A stretch of 64,000 bases of DNA, from NCBI GenBank assembly GCA_000004985.1, contig GG738901.1. One strand, given 5' to 3'. Shown here one piece after another: positions 34,687-47,400 of the stretch. Under the pieces are notes generated by a model. That model saw only the letters and a program-made list of their open reading frames with translations. It ran no database searches and was not told the origin of the DNA. Numbering within the stretch: the first letter of the stretch is position 1; every line of letters begins with the position of its first letter. This DNA is from Naegleria gruberi. Taxonomy: Eukaryota. The translations under genes and the position numbers were made by a program.

Positions 34687-35456
34687 TTATTTAGCAATTC
34701 TAGAAGCAGCAGCTGCGTAAGAAGCAATAATTGCAATGATAATAATGGCTGCAACAACAACTGACAAGATATTAAGTCCTAAAGTAATGAAAAATCCAAT
34801 TTGTCCATATTGTCCATATTGTTTAGCTCTTGGATCTGATGAACGACGGAATTTCATAACTGGAACAAAGAAGAAACAACTGAAACAGAATCCAATTCCA
34901 AGGAACCACATGACAAATGTCACTAACAAGGCAAACATTAAAGCTTCTTCAGCTTGTTTGCCTTCTCCAACTGCAGAAACACCATTCACAACAGTTGTAG
35001 TAGTTGTGGTGGCAACAGTTGGTTGAGCTACGATCACAGGTTGTGGAGTGTAGTATTGTGGTTGTGGTTGACCATAAGCTACAGGTACCTGTTGACTTGG
35101 ATCATAGTATGGTTGTTGTGGATATGGTTGACCATAGGCATTTGGTTGAGTTGGTTGACCATAGTATGCTTGTGGTTGTTGTTGATTTGGATCATATTGA
35201 GGAGGAGGTTGAGCATAGGTAGCTTCTTGCTTTACGTTAGGATCCTATCATTATTAGTAGTATTCGAAACATGTAAAATTTCATCACAACATCACGTTTT
35301 GAACATTAGTTTTTAAATGTTGCATGTGTTGTTATTATCCAAACATTATTATCATTTTTGTATGTCATTTCCAAATAGTTTCGGTTAGATTTTAAAGTTT
35401 AGAATAAACATTGTTCATAACAAAATTGCACTACCTACCACTGGTTGTTGATTCAT
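34687..35456 (-). CDS. Small membrane protein with YGQP/PQ-repeat N-terminus and two TM segments; 2 exons join(35456..35439,35229..34687)
   Basis: Exon 1 ATGAATCAACAACCAGTG (MNQQPV). 209-nt intron GTAGGT...GTAAAG. Exon 2 is QEATYAQPPPQYDPNQQQPQAYYGQPTQPNAYGQPYPQQPYYDPSQQVPVAYGQPQPQYY.., then TM1 ALMFALLVTFVMWFLGIGFCFSCFFFVPV, loop MKFRRSSDPRAKQYGQYGQ, TM2 IGFFITLGLNILSVVVAAIIIIAIIA. The ORF-track ORF starts at GTG inside exon 2. Confidence 0.45.
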
Positions 35457-36351
35457 GATGTTGTTATATTGATTGGTTTCGTCTTGTTTTTTTGTGATAT
35501 GAAGCGAGAATTTGCGTGATGTTGAGTTGAAACTTTTCAGTGAATTTTCGAATAGAAATAGAACGCTCTTTCGAATTAAAAGTCCTTTTGGTTTGCAGGT
35601 TTCTGTTTCCAGGCATTGAGAGAAAATTAACGAGAGTGATTATAATGATATTAGTTGTAAAGTATTGATTGGGTCATTGTTCATGTGCCACAAATTAAAT
35701 CAATTTCGAATAGTAATTATGAAAGTGTATGAAAGATGGATTTCGTAACCTATTAACCAATCGCATTGTTTGTGCGAAAGTTTGATTTGACAAGTTTAAA
35801 ACTTCATACTTGGACTTTGATAACTACAGTTCATTTCTTACTTTGTATTCGAAATAATGTTGTATTCTAACAGATAATGCCACCTATATTTCCATCTTGT
35901 TTCCAAATGACCATGGTCATTATTAATTGATTGTTACATTCTAACATGTTTGATACCTCAAAGAAAATCACAATCTAACAAATTGACGATTCGTTGTTTA
36001 GTAAAAACTAAACACAGATCTTGACAATTTCCATTACACACAAACACTAAAAAAATATGTTCAATAACAGAGATTCATATGGTGCTAGACAAGCCATCTT
36101 TACAGGTGGATTTTGAGAAGTTCCCAAAGCATGACTATAATTATTTCATTAATTCTGGAGGAGTGCATTCCGAAAATTTGTTAATGTTGCCAACTTTGAT
36201 TTTAGATTGAAAACCCATCAGTTGCAAGTGGATGAAATCAGCAGTAAATAAAATCCAACTTAACAAAGTAAATGCCTATATAAACTCTTAAATTATTTGT
36301 TCTCTAATTGTGTAAATGTAAAACAGGTAGTATCATTGACAAGTTCACTAA

Positions 36352-37443
36352 TTATCCAAAATACACAAAGAATCCGATATCCTTCTTTAGATATTCACTA
36401 TTGAAGAGTTGATCCTTTTTCTTTTGAAACAACTCGTAGAGTTTTGTACATGTCATTCCTAATCTTGCTAATGTGAATGGATCTCCAATTATTTCCATAA
36501 TTGAAATCCAATAATCAGTGTGTAGCTCCTCATTCCAAATTCTTTGAATGGGACCTTTATCCATTACTGGTCTATCAATTAAAGAAAATACAAACTTTGG
36601 ATTATTGTAATATTGAAGCATGTCATCAAACGTGTCAATATCCATTTTAGAAGATATAAATTCCTCAATGGTCATCTTTGCTTTTTTCTCTTCTTGTTTG
36701 GACTTTTTCTTTTCAGGAGTATTCAAATATTCATCGTATGCATTCTGATAATTTTTAACCAATATAGACCTTGGAATTTGAGTTGAATGTTGAAAATGTT
36801 CACTCAACTCTCTCAATCGATTCGGATGAATGAAAGTAATACTAACATCGCCATCCATTCTAGAATTATGTTGAGTAGCCACCGACAATAAACTAAAATA
36901 AGGTTCCTCTCTAAATAATTTCTTCATTCTTTCAATTCCCTCACTATTCAAATCTTCGTACTTTCCATTCGAATCCTTCTTCAAATATTTACTATTCAGC
37001 TCCTCTTGCATATCACTCTTAAATATGGTATGACCACAAATCAAACCCTCAAACTCTTCTTCATTCGACCAACACTCATCCAAATCCAACTCATTCGCAA
37101 ATTCAACAAACAAATCAAAAGCATTAAAATTAAGAGTTGCAACATGAAAACAAGGCTTTAAATTATCGAGCAAATGTTTCCAATCCGTAATCTTACCCTC
37201 CTCTATAAAATCCAAAGCCTTGTATTTTCTCTTACTCGCATCATACGGAATGTACTTCTTTTTAATTCTCTTATTGATTTGATCTTGTTCTTCTTCTTGA
37301 TCGGAGAAAATTTGCTCCAAAACTTGCTCTAGTTTTTTATCATTGGTCTGATCTTCTGATTGTGAAGAAGCTTGTTGAATTTTTCTGATCCGATCTGCCA
37401 AATGCTTCAAATTAAAAAGCGTAAATTCTGCATAGAGTCCCAT
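36352..37443 (-). CDS. Hypothetical protein (about 363 aa)
   Basis: ORF 36352..37446 starts at GTG; ATG at 37443 (MGLYAEF..). Charged, K/E-rich. Possible F-box-like stretch near the C-terminus (FTLARLGMTCTKLYELF). No confident domain. Confidence 0.4.
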   Translation of the reverse strand: MGLYAEFTLFNLKHLADRIRKIQQASSQSEDQTNDKKLEQVLEQIFSDQEEEQDQINKRIKKKYIPYDASKRKYKALDFIEEGKITDWKHLLDNLKPCFHVATLNFNAFDLFVEFANELDLDECWSNEEEFEGLICGHTIFKSDMQEELNSKYLKKDSNGKYEDLNSEGIERMKKLFREEPYFSLLSVATQHNSRMDGDVSITFIHPNRLRELSEHFQHSTQIPRSILVKNYQNAYDEYLNTPEKKKSKQEEKKAKMTIEEFISSKMDIDTFDDMLQYYNNPKFVFSLIDRPVMDKGPIQRIWNEELHTDYWISIMEIIGDPFTLARLGMTCTKLYELFQKKKDQLFNSEYLKKDIGFFVYFG

Positions 37444-38406
37444 CACGAATTGTTTTTAATATTTTTTTTCACTAAATTTTTTTTTAAAATTTAATTTTTA
37501 AAATGTAACGGTTTTTTTGGATGTGAACAGAAATGGAATTTGAGGAAGGACCTCAATGTTTGGTGAAAATTCCTTACTTGGTGGTGATAATATTACTGTA
37601 ATGATGAGGAATAGTAAATATTTTTCATTGTAAAGTGATGAACTTGAATATTCAAATGATGAATATGGAAAGAGTGACACGTATTCTATCACATCTACAA
37701 ATATCGAAAGCATTTGCATTTTTCAATCTTGAACGATTGATGTCTTGTTGTACTTGATCACGATACTTGTCATGCTTCTGGAGAAATATATTGACTTTCG
37801 AATAGAATGCATGCTGGTGCGGAATTTAATATTTGAACGAAATTAATTATTTGAAATTCTGTGCTATCAAAATTCATTTGTGAGAGTCCAGTAAGTGTTA
37901 ACTATTTCACCTTGCTCTTACCATTTAATTCTTGAGGTTTCGAATAAGTGAGCCCTTCAAATTATTCGAATTGTCTCTTTTGGCAATCTATTCCCAAACC
38001 ATCACAAACGAATATCGAAATATAAATTTGATGGCACAAGACAAACGGACTGTCAAAGCAAGTGAAAAAAGAAACAAGTTTATTGTTGGTATTGGTATTA
38101 CATCACCTACTTTCGAATAACGTTAAACGAAACAACAACAAGAAATTACTTGAATAACATTGTCTCTCGCTAGTCCTTTAAATATTGTGTTAGAAGACTA
38201 AATGTTTAAACTTTCGTCTAGTTTCCCAAAAGAATCGTTTTGTAGTAACCAAGTTATTAGAAAACAACAACAATAACAAAATTGTGGACGGTGAATTATT
38301 ATTCAAATTAGTTAGATAACGAATACCATCGATATCCAAGAATCAAGTTCTCTTGTTACTCCTAATTTCACCAAAATTAATTATTCGAAACCTTTAATTT
38401 ATCATC

Positions 38407-39660
38407 ATGGTTCACGTGAACGATTTTTTACTAACAAACATCATCCCTTCAGCTCTAACAAACCTATTCGAAACTTCTTCTCTCACACCGAATGTAACTT
38501 TTATGCAAACTTGTGTGAGATTTGATCCAGCAGGTTTCGAATATGTTGGCTGGGTATGGGATATTTTCGGCGAATGTGTCCACGAACCAAGAGAAATAGC
38601 TTCCTTTGCAGTTGGCATGATTTCCATTGGATTTTGGATGTGTGCTCTCCTGCCACAAGTCATTGCGAATTTCAAAAATAGAGATGCCTCCTCCCTGTCA
38701 ACTGGCTACTTGATACAAATCACTTTGGGTGATGCCTGTTCCATGACAGCTGGTATCATGAGTGGTCAATTGATTACTCAAATTTTATTGAGTGCTTACT
38801 TTGTATTAATGGACGTTGTAATGATTGCTCAATATTTTTGTTTTGTGGTCATTCCAAAAATTTATAGAAAAGTCAAATCGAGGAAAATTCAACCTGAAAA
38901 AAATCAAGAAATTGCAAATTCTCAAAGTGAATTGGTGAATAAGGAGAAGGTTGAGGTAAAATGTGAGAATTCAAAGCAGCAGGAAACAATTTTGAAGAGT
39001 TCGATTTGGATTTCAATTTTGGCAATTTTAGTATTGATTACATTCTTTACAACTTCAACAATGCTTTCGAATAATGTTGAGAATGCACAGAAAATGAATC
39101 AAAAAACAATGAGAAAACTATTGCATGCCATTAATGAAGGACAAGAATACTCAACCACTCAACAAGATCACAACAGTTTCACCTTCCCTCCAAACACTCC
39201 AGTTTCCATTGTTGGTTTCTCATTGGGTTGTTTCTGTGCCATTCTCTACATGGGCAGTAGATTACCTCAAATCTTTTTGAATTTCAGAAGAAAAACATGT
39301 GATGGTCTCTCACCTATTTACTTTGGAATTGGTATTTTAGGAAATGTTTGTTATTGTGTTTCGATTTGGTTGTACTCTTCAGATTCGGCTTATTTAATGA
39401 CACGTATTCCTTGGTTAGTGGAATCGACTGTAAATATATTTTTGGATATTTTCATCATGTGGCAATTTGTGTATTACAATTACTTGTATAAGGGAAAGAA
39501 ACCAGAAAGTAAGGAAGTAAAGAATAAGAAAGTGGAAGAATTGAAAGTTGTTTCTGCCATGAGTACAGTTTCAGATACTTCTCCAAAGGTGAATGCTCCA
39601 ACAAATGATGATTGGTCATCGAGTTCAACTTCTGCGAGTCCAAAGGAACAAATTGTGTAA
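38407..39660 (+). CDS. PQ-loop repeat membrane transporter (PQLC2/Ypq-like lysosomal/vacuolar amino-acid transporter family)
   Basis: Two PQ-loop modules (FAVGMISIGFWMCALLPQVIANFKNRDASSLSTGYL and GFSLGCFCAILYMGSRLPQIFLNFRRKTCDGLSPIYF). Seven predicted TM helices. Hydrophilic K/E-rich central loop and S-rich tail. Confidence 0.85.
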   Translation: MVHVNDFLLTNIIPSALTNLFETSSLTPNVTFMQTCVRFDPAGFEYVGWVWDIFGECVHEPREIASFAVGMISIGFWMCALLPQVIANFKNRDASSLSTGYLIQITLGDACSMTAGIMSGQLITQILLSAYFVLMDVVMIAQYFCFVVIPKIYRKVKSRKIQPEKNQEIANSQSELVNKEKVEVKCENSKQQETILKSSIWISILAILVLITFFTTSTMLSNNVENAQKMNQKTMRKLLHAINEGQEYSTTQQDHNSFTFPPNTPVSIVGFSLGCFCAILYMGSRLPQIFLNFRRKTCDGLSPIYFGIGILGNVCYCVSIWLYSSDSAYLMTRIPWLVESTVNIFLDIFIMWQFVYYNYLYKGKKPESKEVKNKKVEELKVVSAMSTVSDTSPKVNAPTNDDWSSSSTSASPKEQIV

Positions 39661-39928
39661 ATATTCAACAAATTATTTCTTTATCGAAATTTTAGTAATT
39701 AATTTTTTTGTAATGTTGATCAACATCTCTTAAACAGTTTACAATAGTTTAAGATAGCCTTTCAAATATTTGGTCCAAGGGGTTTTCTATTGAAAAATAG
39801 GTGGAAGAGTTGTGTTGTGTATTGTTTGATTTACTGTGTGGAAGGTCAAGTTTCGAATAGTTTAACTTGTCAAGGTCATACGTTGGTTGGATGAAAGCAT
39901 TGAGAAATTGAGTGCACCAAAATTGATG

Positions 39929-40708
39929 TTAAACAAATGAAAGAGTTTGTCCACTGCTTACACTAACTGCTGGAACGAAGGGAGCAAATCTCACATCACC
40001 AAATGGATACCAAGGTCTCAATTCTTGATTTGTTTTGTCTCTAATTAGACTAAACCTCACTAATCCCATATATTTAACATCATCCTCTATATCAGAATAT
40101 CTATTTGTAGTATGTTGGAATGGGATAACATTTGGAACATTTGTTAAATCAAATTCTATTTGAATGATATCACCAGTTTCAAAGTTTTGTTCCAACTTGC
40201 AACATGTGTGTTTGTCGCTTAAAACTGCATGGATAATTTCTTTGGTTCCGGTAATTGAAGCAATTCCCTTTGATTCTGATTGCCAGCCAATGACCTCTCC
40301 ACTACGTTGATCATTGAAAGGGAAGAAATTGAGAGATTCAATTCCAATCATTATTTTGATTGAATTTGAAACAATTTCAGGATGATAATTATCCAATTTA
40401 ATCTTCCACTTGTAATACCTGCCAGGTTTCAACAATCTGACCGATTTCACAGTATAAAATTCACCATGTGAAGGTCTTTCGATTGTTTTAAGAGTGTTAG
40501 ATGTCAATTCAAACTTGTTGTAATACTGATATTCAGTATCCCACCTATATCCAAAACAAGAAATCAATTGGCACATGACAGAAAAATATAAATTCTTAAA
40601 TCTTTCCTTTTTTACATTCTCAACAACCTTTCCATACTCACTTTCGGTAAGATCATTTAATTTACAATAAATTTTACATAATTTCATGAAAAAGTATTCA
40701 CTCTCCAT
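39929..40708 (-). CDS. SPRY-domain protein (about 259 aa from first ATG; ORF extends to 40804 from TTG)
   Basis: YYKWKIKLDNYHPEIVSNSIKIMIGIES..., EVIGWQSESKGIASITGTKE, ETGDIIQIEFDLTNVPNVIPF match the SPRY pattern. No in-frame ATG upstream of 40708 before the stop at about 40853. An upstream exon is possible. Confidence 0.5.
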   Translation of the reverse strand: MESEYFFMKLCKIYCKLNDLTESEYGKVVENVKKERFKNLYFSVMCQLISCFGYRWDTEYQYYNKFELTSNTLKTIERPSHGEFYTVKSVRLLKPGRYYKWKIKLDNYHPEIVSNSIKIMIGIESLNFFPFNDQRSGEVIGWQSESKGIASITGTKEIIHAVLSDKHTCCKLEQNFETGDIIQIEFDLTNVPNVIPFQHTTNRYSDIEDDVKYMGLVRFSLIRDKTNQELRPWYPFGDVRFAPFVPAVSVSSGQTLSFV

Positions 40709-41382
40709 CAATAAACAATAAATCTCCCTGTTCAATGAAAAATATTTAGCAATTCTATGAAGGTAAATTGGCAAATATTTCGTAGAGCATCTCTGATGGC
40801 ACAACGTTGTGTAATAGTAGACGATCGAGTGAGTGGGTACAGCCAGGGGATGTCATTTTTTGATCTGTTGTAATATCACACACTGAGAGGTGGTGAATCT
40901 TGCCGAATCAAAACTAAATTTTCCATTACTCTTATTGGATCAAAAGCAAGTCTTTAACTATCACATTTTCACTGGTGGACTGTTTCAATATAATACTTTA
41001 CAAAATTCCCTGAGCCTCTCAATACATTGACCTCATACGAAACACAACGTTGGGATCAAAATCCCCACAACAGAATCTAACCTTCAAACAAATAACTCAA
41101 GCATTGAGAATCAATTATTCCTGTTCCGCAACAATCAGCCTTAAAGATTTGGCGCCAAAATACTCAACAAACTTTCTTGCTGCTGAATTCCCAAACTTTT
41201 GCTTCTTCTTGTTTTAAAAAGTTTTTGATCGCAACACGTTCAAAAAAACAAAACAACTTTGATCAAAGGAACCTATTAAATAACTTCTTTATCAACAACA
41301 AGAAACAAAATCAAATCCCCTTCCGAAATATTTCTAAATTTATTAGAATTTTAAATAGATCATATTGTATTAAAGTATCAAC

Positions 41383-44037
41383 ATGTTAGGTTATACTCCT
41401 CAGTATTTAGCTCCTTCCACTTATGATGGAGGTAATAGTAGTAAAAAACGTAAATATCCCGACAAGCCATGGCATCACAAATTGAAGCCAAATACAAGAG
41501 TTGAATTGGTAAATTATATTGTAGAAGTTACACAGGGAAATGCCCAAGTGATTCGGAAGAAGATTTTCGATTTGATCATTCAATCACAAGCTGTTGATGA
41601 TTTTGCTAGAGATTTGGCTGAATATGCATGCAGTAGCAAAAGTAACCTTTCTATGGATACGATTAGAGACAGAGTGGAGGTCATGTTGGAACGTGATGTT
41701 AATGCACTACCAACTCCAAATCTAGCACACCGCTTGAATCAAACTGTTAGGCCTTTATTCAATGATAGTAATGATATTGGGATGAGTGTGAGAGCTAACC
41801 AATTCAATAATGAATTGTTTGAAAAGTTGGTGGAAAGGAATAAGTTGTTCACTCATTCTTCTGTCAATAATACTGATGTAGATATTCCAGAATTAATGGA
41901 ACAATACAAGTATTGTAACAAGCTGGCCAAGTTGTGGATCATGCAAGATTTGACTCGAAGGAGAGAGGAACTCTCAAAATCTAAACTGAATGCAATGCCT
42001 AATGAACTGCATGATGATCAACTATTGCACAATTTACCATTTGATTTGATGTTTGAAATTGTTTCATACATTCCAGTAGACAACAAGTCAATTTGGTGGG
42101 CTCAATTTCTCAAGTATAGAATTATTTCTAATTCCTTCAAGTTAAGATTGGAACAAGAAATTTTCACAAAATTTAGTAAGGAAGGCATTGACATTTCTCA
42201 CTTTGATGATAGCTTGTTAACATTGGAAGGTCTGACCTGTTTATTAGCAAGCCATTCTCAATATGAAAAACAAGGAAAACAGTTTAATGGTGACTTTATT
42301 CGATTACATATTACTGAAAAACAAACAGAATTACAAAAATTAACTGCCCCAAAATTCAATGGAAACATTATTCCTCCAAATGAAGAAAGTAATTCAAATA
42401 TTGTTGAGACTCAGATATTTGACGAAGAATACGTTGCTGAGGTATATTCTCAATCTGCTAACCAAGAAATTACTCCTCAAAGTCCTTTCCAGAGAAATTT
42501 TATCGCCAACAAAGAATCATTTGACAATACACCATTACCATTTATCAATGAACAATTTAATTCCTTTGAGTGTGAAGAATTTGAAAATCCTTACATTAAG
42601 TCCATCACCATTTCCAGTTCAAGAGATTTTCACTTCATTATTCCTGGACTGGTCAATCTGGAAGAGCTGACCTTAATCGTTTCGACAGAGGATTTTATGT
42701 ATTTGTTCTCCAAGATGTTTCAAACCATTTCACATCTCAAGCTAAAGAAGATTGTACTAGTTTATTATGGAGTTGTTCCAGCATCATTTACAAGACTTAT
42801 TCTGGATAAAGTTGAAATGCTTGATTATGGAGGAAGTTTCTATGTTTATTCAGCCATGGATACAACATTTATTAGCAATTTACGCATATCTTTGCCAAAT
42901 GTAAATATAATTTGTGAAGGTAGAGTGTTAAATAGAAGTAATGATTTTAGAGACTTGAAGGTTATACCTTGTAGAATTCAAAACTTTACTAACACCAAAT
43001 TTATATTGGATAATGGATGGTATAGACCTGTAGTACAACGAACCCGGTCATACGCACAAGGAGATGAAAAGTTTGCAACTATTTTTAATAATGATTGGTT
43101 TACAGTTAAGGAAAAGAAGGAGTTATTGAACTATTTTGTTGATAGATATTCCTTTAACTGGAAAGAAGAGCTCAAAACCAGCATCCATCAATCTCTCTTC
43201 CAATACTATATTTACTTGTTAAATATTAATCAGAAACAATTTGAATACAATTCACCCACAAAATATGTAAATGAACCAAAGAACAAACCAAACCTTTTGG
43301 ATTGTATTGTGTGGGGTCTTGATGTTTCAAATTGCCCAGAACAAATCCTTAGATTATGTACTAACTTTGGTAAAATTGGCTTGAAATTAGTTATTGACAA
43401 GTTAGAAAAAGACCCTGATTATCTCACAATTGAACATATGCGAATTTTTTTTAAACAAGCTGCCCATAACAGTGATTATTTGCACTTGTTAGTTCAACTA
43501 ATTCCCCACATTAACAATAGTGAGCATTTATTTGATGTTTATCAAAAGAATGGAGATAAGGTTAATATTCTGTTATCTGTCATTCCTAACAATCCCATTC
43601 TAGTTGAGCATATTATAGATAATTTTGTTACTAGTGCAAATCTTCAGAGTGAATTGCAACATGAGAAATCTCCCAAATCCCTTCTTCAAACTACAATTCA
43701 ATCTCAACTCCCCAACTCTACAATTCTTAAAATTGCCCAGAAAAACCCTAAATTGCTCTATCAAAAATCAAAAAATGGTCGCATTCCACTCCACTATTGC
43801 TTTACTCCTCACAGATATCAATTAATTAAGCCATTCCTTGAAATGGCTCCTGAAACATTTGAATATGAAGACGAAAATGGTTTCAAACCTTATCATTTCG
43901 TTCAAGAACATGAATTATCCGGTTATGGACGTATTTACGGTACGCCTGGTTTCAACTTTGAAGCATTTATTGATTTAGTCCTCCCAGATTTTGCCAAAGA
44001 GAGATTGAGAGAGTATTTAGCTAATAATCAAGATTAA
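41383..44037 (+). CDS. Hypothetical 884-aa protein with internal F-box-like motif
   Basis: ATG at 41383. Intron-free ORF. HNLPFDLMFEIVSYIPVDNKSIWWAQFLKYRI resembles an F-box. Otherwise unrecognised. Confidence 0.55.
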   Translation: MLGYTPQYLAPSTYDGGNSSKKRKYPDKPWHHKLKPNTRVELVNYIVEVTQGNAQVIRKKIFDLIIQSQAVDDFARDLAEYACSSKSNLSMDTIRDRVEVMLERDVNALPTPNLAHRLNQTVRPLFNDSNDIGMSVRANQFNNELFEKLVERNKLFTHSSVNNTDVDIPELMEQYKYCNKLAKLWIMQDLTRRREELSKSKLNAMPNELHDDQLLHNLPFDLMFEIVSYIPVDNKSIWWAQFLKYRIISNSFKLRLEQEIFTKFSKEGIDISHFDDSLLTLEGLTCLLASHSQYEKQGKQFNGDFIRLHITEKQTELQKLTAPKFNGNIIPPNEESNSNIVETQIFDEEYVAEVYSQSANQEITPQSPFQRNFIANKESFDNTPLPFINEQFNSFECEEFENPYIKSITISSSRDFHFIIPGLVNLEELTLIVSTEDFMYLFSKMFQTISHLKLKKIVLVYYGVVPASFTRLILDKVEMLDYGGSFYVYSAMDTTFISNLRISLPNVNIICEGRVLNRSNDFRDLKVIPCRIQNFTNTKFILDNGWYRPVVQRTRSYAQGDEKFATIFNNDWFTVKEKKELLNYFVDRYSFNWKEELKTSIHQSLFQYYIYLLNINQKQFEYNSPTKYVNEPKNKPNLLDCIVWGLDVSNCPEQILRLCTNFGKIGLKLVIDKLEKDPDYLTIEHMRIFFKQAAHNSDYLHLLVQLIPHINNSEHLFDVYQKNGDKVNILLSVIPNNPILVEHIIDNFVTSANLQSELQHEKSPKSLLQTTIQSQLPNSTILKIAQKNPKLLYQKSKNGRIPLHYCFTPHRYQLIKPFLEMAPETFEYEDENGFKPYHFVQEHELSGYGRIYGTPGFNFEAFIDLVLPDFAKERLREYLANNQD

Positions 44038-44047
44038 TTAATGAATT

Positions 44048-44180
44048 TTTCCAAGATATTAAGGCTTTCGTCACGCTTATTGTGCGCCTTCCTAGCTCAG
44101 TTGGCAGTAGCGCTGTCCTAGTAAGACAGAGGTCTTGGGTTCGATTCCCAAGGGAGGCATTTTGCCTTAATTCTAACACA
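44048..44180 (+). repeat. About 130-bp duplicated segment (copy 1) comprising tRNA-Thr plus about 38 bp 5' flank and about 20 bp 3' flank
   Basis: tttccaagatattaaggctttcGTCACgcttattgtgcgcc[tRNA]ttttgccttaatt recurs at 49775..49905 with only 3 substitutions in the 5' flank. Confidence 0.85.
44086..44159 (+). tRNA. tRNA-Thr (anticodon AGU), copy 1
   Basis: GCCTTCC acceptor pairing with GGGAGGC (one G-U). Anticodon stem CTGTC/GACAG with loop CTAGTAA. T arm TTGGG-TTCGATT-CCCAA. Discriminator A. TTTT downstream. Confidence 0.9.
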
Positions 44181-44444
44181 TTTGCTTTGGATAGATAAGC
44201 ACAATTTTGCAAATACAACAGTGCCTGGTAGAACCAATTTGAGTGGATGTAATTAGCAGGAAGATAGGTAAAATCAAAAAAGTAATGCTTTCCTCAGTAA
44301 TTTCATTTTTTTGCCAAATCTGATTTGGCGAATTGAAATGGACTAAAATCTTGTTGTAACAGTAAACCATGTAGGAAAGCATTGCTTTATTAGATTTTAT
44401 TTATCTTTTTAGAAAATTAAGTGACACTCCAACCAAACAAAAAA

Positions 44445-47400
44445 ATGAGTGCAAACAACACCTCTTATCAAGATTTTAATAATTACATCAAGAGATCGTT
44501 TGACGAACAAGGCAATTTAACAATCTCAAACAAAACTGGTGAATCCAAGTTCAACAAATGGCGATTAGAGACTAAACACATGTCTGTTGAAACACCTGGC
44601 TTTCACTTCTCAGACATTCTTTGGATGGCTTTTAAACCAAGAACAAAGGATAATTGTCCTGTTGAACATTCTTTGGATGTGTTGCATGTTAAACAAGAAG
44701 GTTCCTTGTTAATGGTTTCATACTTTTCTGAAGCCAAACCTCTTGCTGCCGCTATTCTTACCTCTACTTCTTTTGAATCTTATTCTGACCGACATGAATT
44801 CAAATTCAAAGCTGAAGACTGCTGTAATGACCAGATTGGTGGGATGTCCAATCTTCTCGTTCAATTCTGTAAAGAATATCTTCGTAGTTCTTATCAAACA
44901 AACCTAACATTTCAAGAACTGTGCAGAAAATATGTTCATAAAAGGGATGCATTTGGTTTTTCTCTGTTGCACCACTTTATCTTTAATGGATTTACTGCAG
45001 AGATTATCTATTTAGAAAGTATCATGGGATCATCTATTTTTCCGATGTTTTTGGAAATCGAACAAAAGAAACTGGTAAATAGCTCGAAAGAAGTTCTCTA
45101 TTCAACAAGCAAGAACTACTTTTTGAAGGAAAAGTGCAGAGAAATGCTAACAGAGTACTGCCAAGTTTTGAAAGGTAAGGCAGGTTTTGAAGATTTTGTT
45201 GCTCTTGAATTGGAAAGATTATCTGAAATCAGACTGTTGGGGGTTGCTACCGGAAACACAGAGTTCAAAACCAGGTTGTTGTATCTTTATAACTTTTTAA
45301 CCATTTCAGGAAAGCTCATTTCTACAAAGAATCCAACCCTTGGCTTGGCCAGTAATCAAAAGATTAGGGAAAGAATATTCAATGTTGACCAAAACAAGTA
45401 TATTGGAACCAAAAATGTTGAAGAGATCACCAGGTTCGAGATTATCATTGGATGTTTCTTATTATTCAATTATGGTCACTTGGGAGATGAGAGAGTTGTA
45501 GAAAGAAATATTCTTTACAACTTATGGAGGTCTTGCATTGAATTAGATGCAAAAAGAACTCCAAGGGAAGAAATCAAAACCTCAAAAGATGCCACATGTA
45601 ATCCCACGGAAGAACCAAGAACATCAAAACATTCAAAACAACCCTCAGATCAAATGGAATTTAGCCATAGCAAACCACTTGTTGAAACTCCAAAAAAAAA
45701 GCAAAAGAAAACCTCAGAGTCACCCAACACAACCCCAAAACTCACACCTCCTCCCTTGTTAATATCTACTCCAAACATTTCTTCTGTATCAACCAATATA
45801 TTGGAGCCAACAACTCCTACCTTAAAAGACTACATACACTTGAAACAGCAAATGAATCTTTCAGACAAGTGCATTACGTTTTTAAAGCATTTCCCTGAAA
45901 AGTGCAGAGAGAGAGCAGAAGATTACATACGAAGCTCTGATTGGAATCATTTTCACAGAGCTTTAGCAATTTGGAGGCTAGTTAATAAGATGACTGGTGC
46001 ACTTAAATTTGAGTTTGATTTCAAGACAATAGAAGGCACTCTACTTTTTATTGGGGAATATTTCTTTGAGTGTCTTTCAAAATCTACCAATTCATTACTT
46101 AAATCATTTTTCATTGTGAGACAGCTAGCTTATTTACTAAGTGATAATCCAGAAAATAGTTTATTTATTTTGAATGCAGAAAAATTATCAGACATTTTCA
46201 AAGATGAAAATATAATATCAAAACTTTATACAAGATCAGACCTTAGAGGAAGAACTTTACAGTTTGAAAATGAGTATTATCTCAACACTTCCTTAATGAA
46301 CGAAAAATATGCATCCAAAATGCTTTTCCATTTGAAATCTAACAAGAAAGTATGTGAATTGAGTGAAGAATTGTTTAACAAAAAGACATCAGAAACACAT
46401 GAAACTAAAGAGAAGTATTTTGCCACTGTTGTCTATCCTGTGATCAATGGAGGAGATTTTGCTTTATATAGACAATTAAACTATCAATTTAGAGAGGAGT
46501 ATGAATTCTTAGTTCAGAAATGGGTTGGCGGACAATACCCAGATTTTTCATTGGTCTTCTTTTTCTTGAAGAAAAGTTTCTCGTTGCAACACTTGTTCAA
46601 AATTTTAGGGAACTCTTGTGCAATGTGGAAAAACAATCATAGCTCTTGTTTTTCTAAAATTTTAGAGTTGAGTCGTTCTTATAATATTATAACCAATAAT
46701 TTGAAAAACATTGGAAATTTAATTTTGAAGGAATTTTTCGGTGGATCATATGTATTTGAAATAGATTGCAGCAATAACTTGGAAATAATGTGGACCCTTG
46801 CTTATGGTAATGCAGAGTCAGTGGAAAATTTGACTCAATATTCTCAATTGTTTGGACAAAAAGATGAAATATTTGAATCTTTATCTTTGTGTCAGTCATA
46901 TTTCTATGATGTTGTTTCAACAGGTTACTCACCTGAAAATGATGAATCTGTTTTCATGTTTCTGTGGGGGAATTTGCTTGTCAAACAAAAGAAAAGTCAT
47001 GAAGTGCAACAGTTCGATGTTTGCTGGGTGAAAATGGATAAACTGAAAGTCTCTTTGTATTTAGGTGAGGCAAAGAACAATACATCAGAGAATGCTCAAA
47101 ACGTTTTTGATGGGAAGGTGGACGAATTGAGATTGCCATGTCCTAGATATCAAATGCAGGAGAAAAATTTAACAGTAGGTGTATGGGAGAAATCTTACAG
47201 GGACTTGAAAATTTACAAAATCACCAATTTTACGGTGGAAAAAGAAACAGGAGAATCGGTTAACACTCTTTCTGTATTCTTTGTATCTGACAGCAAAAAG
47301 GATACATTAGATTTTGTAACAAACACTTTCAAATTAACATTGGAAGAAAAAGAATTGGATGTCGATTCACCAATTCTTGAAAAGAAAGATCTCTCTTTGT

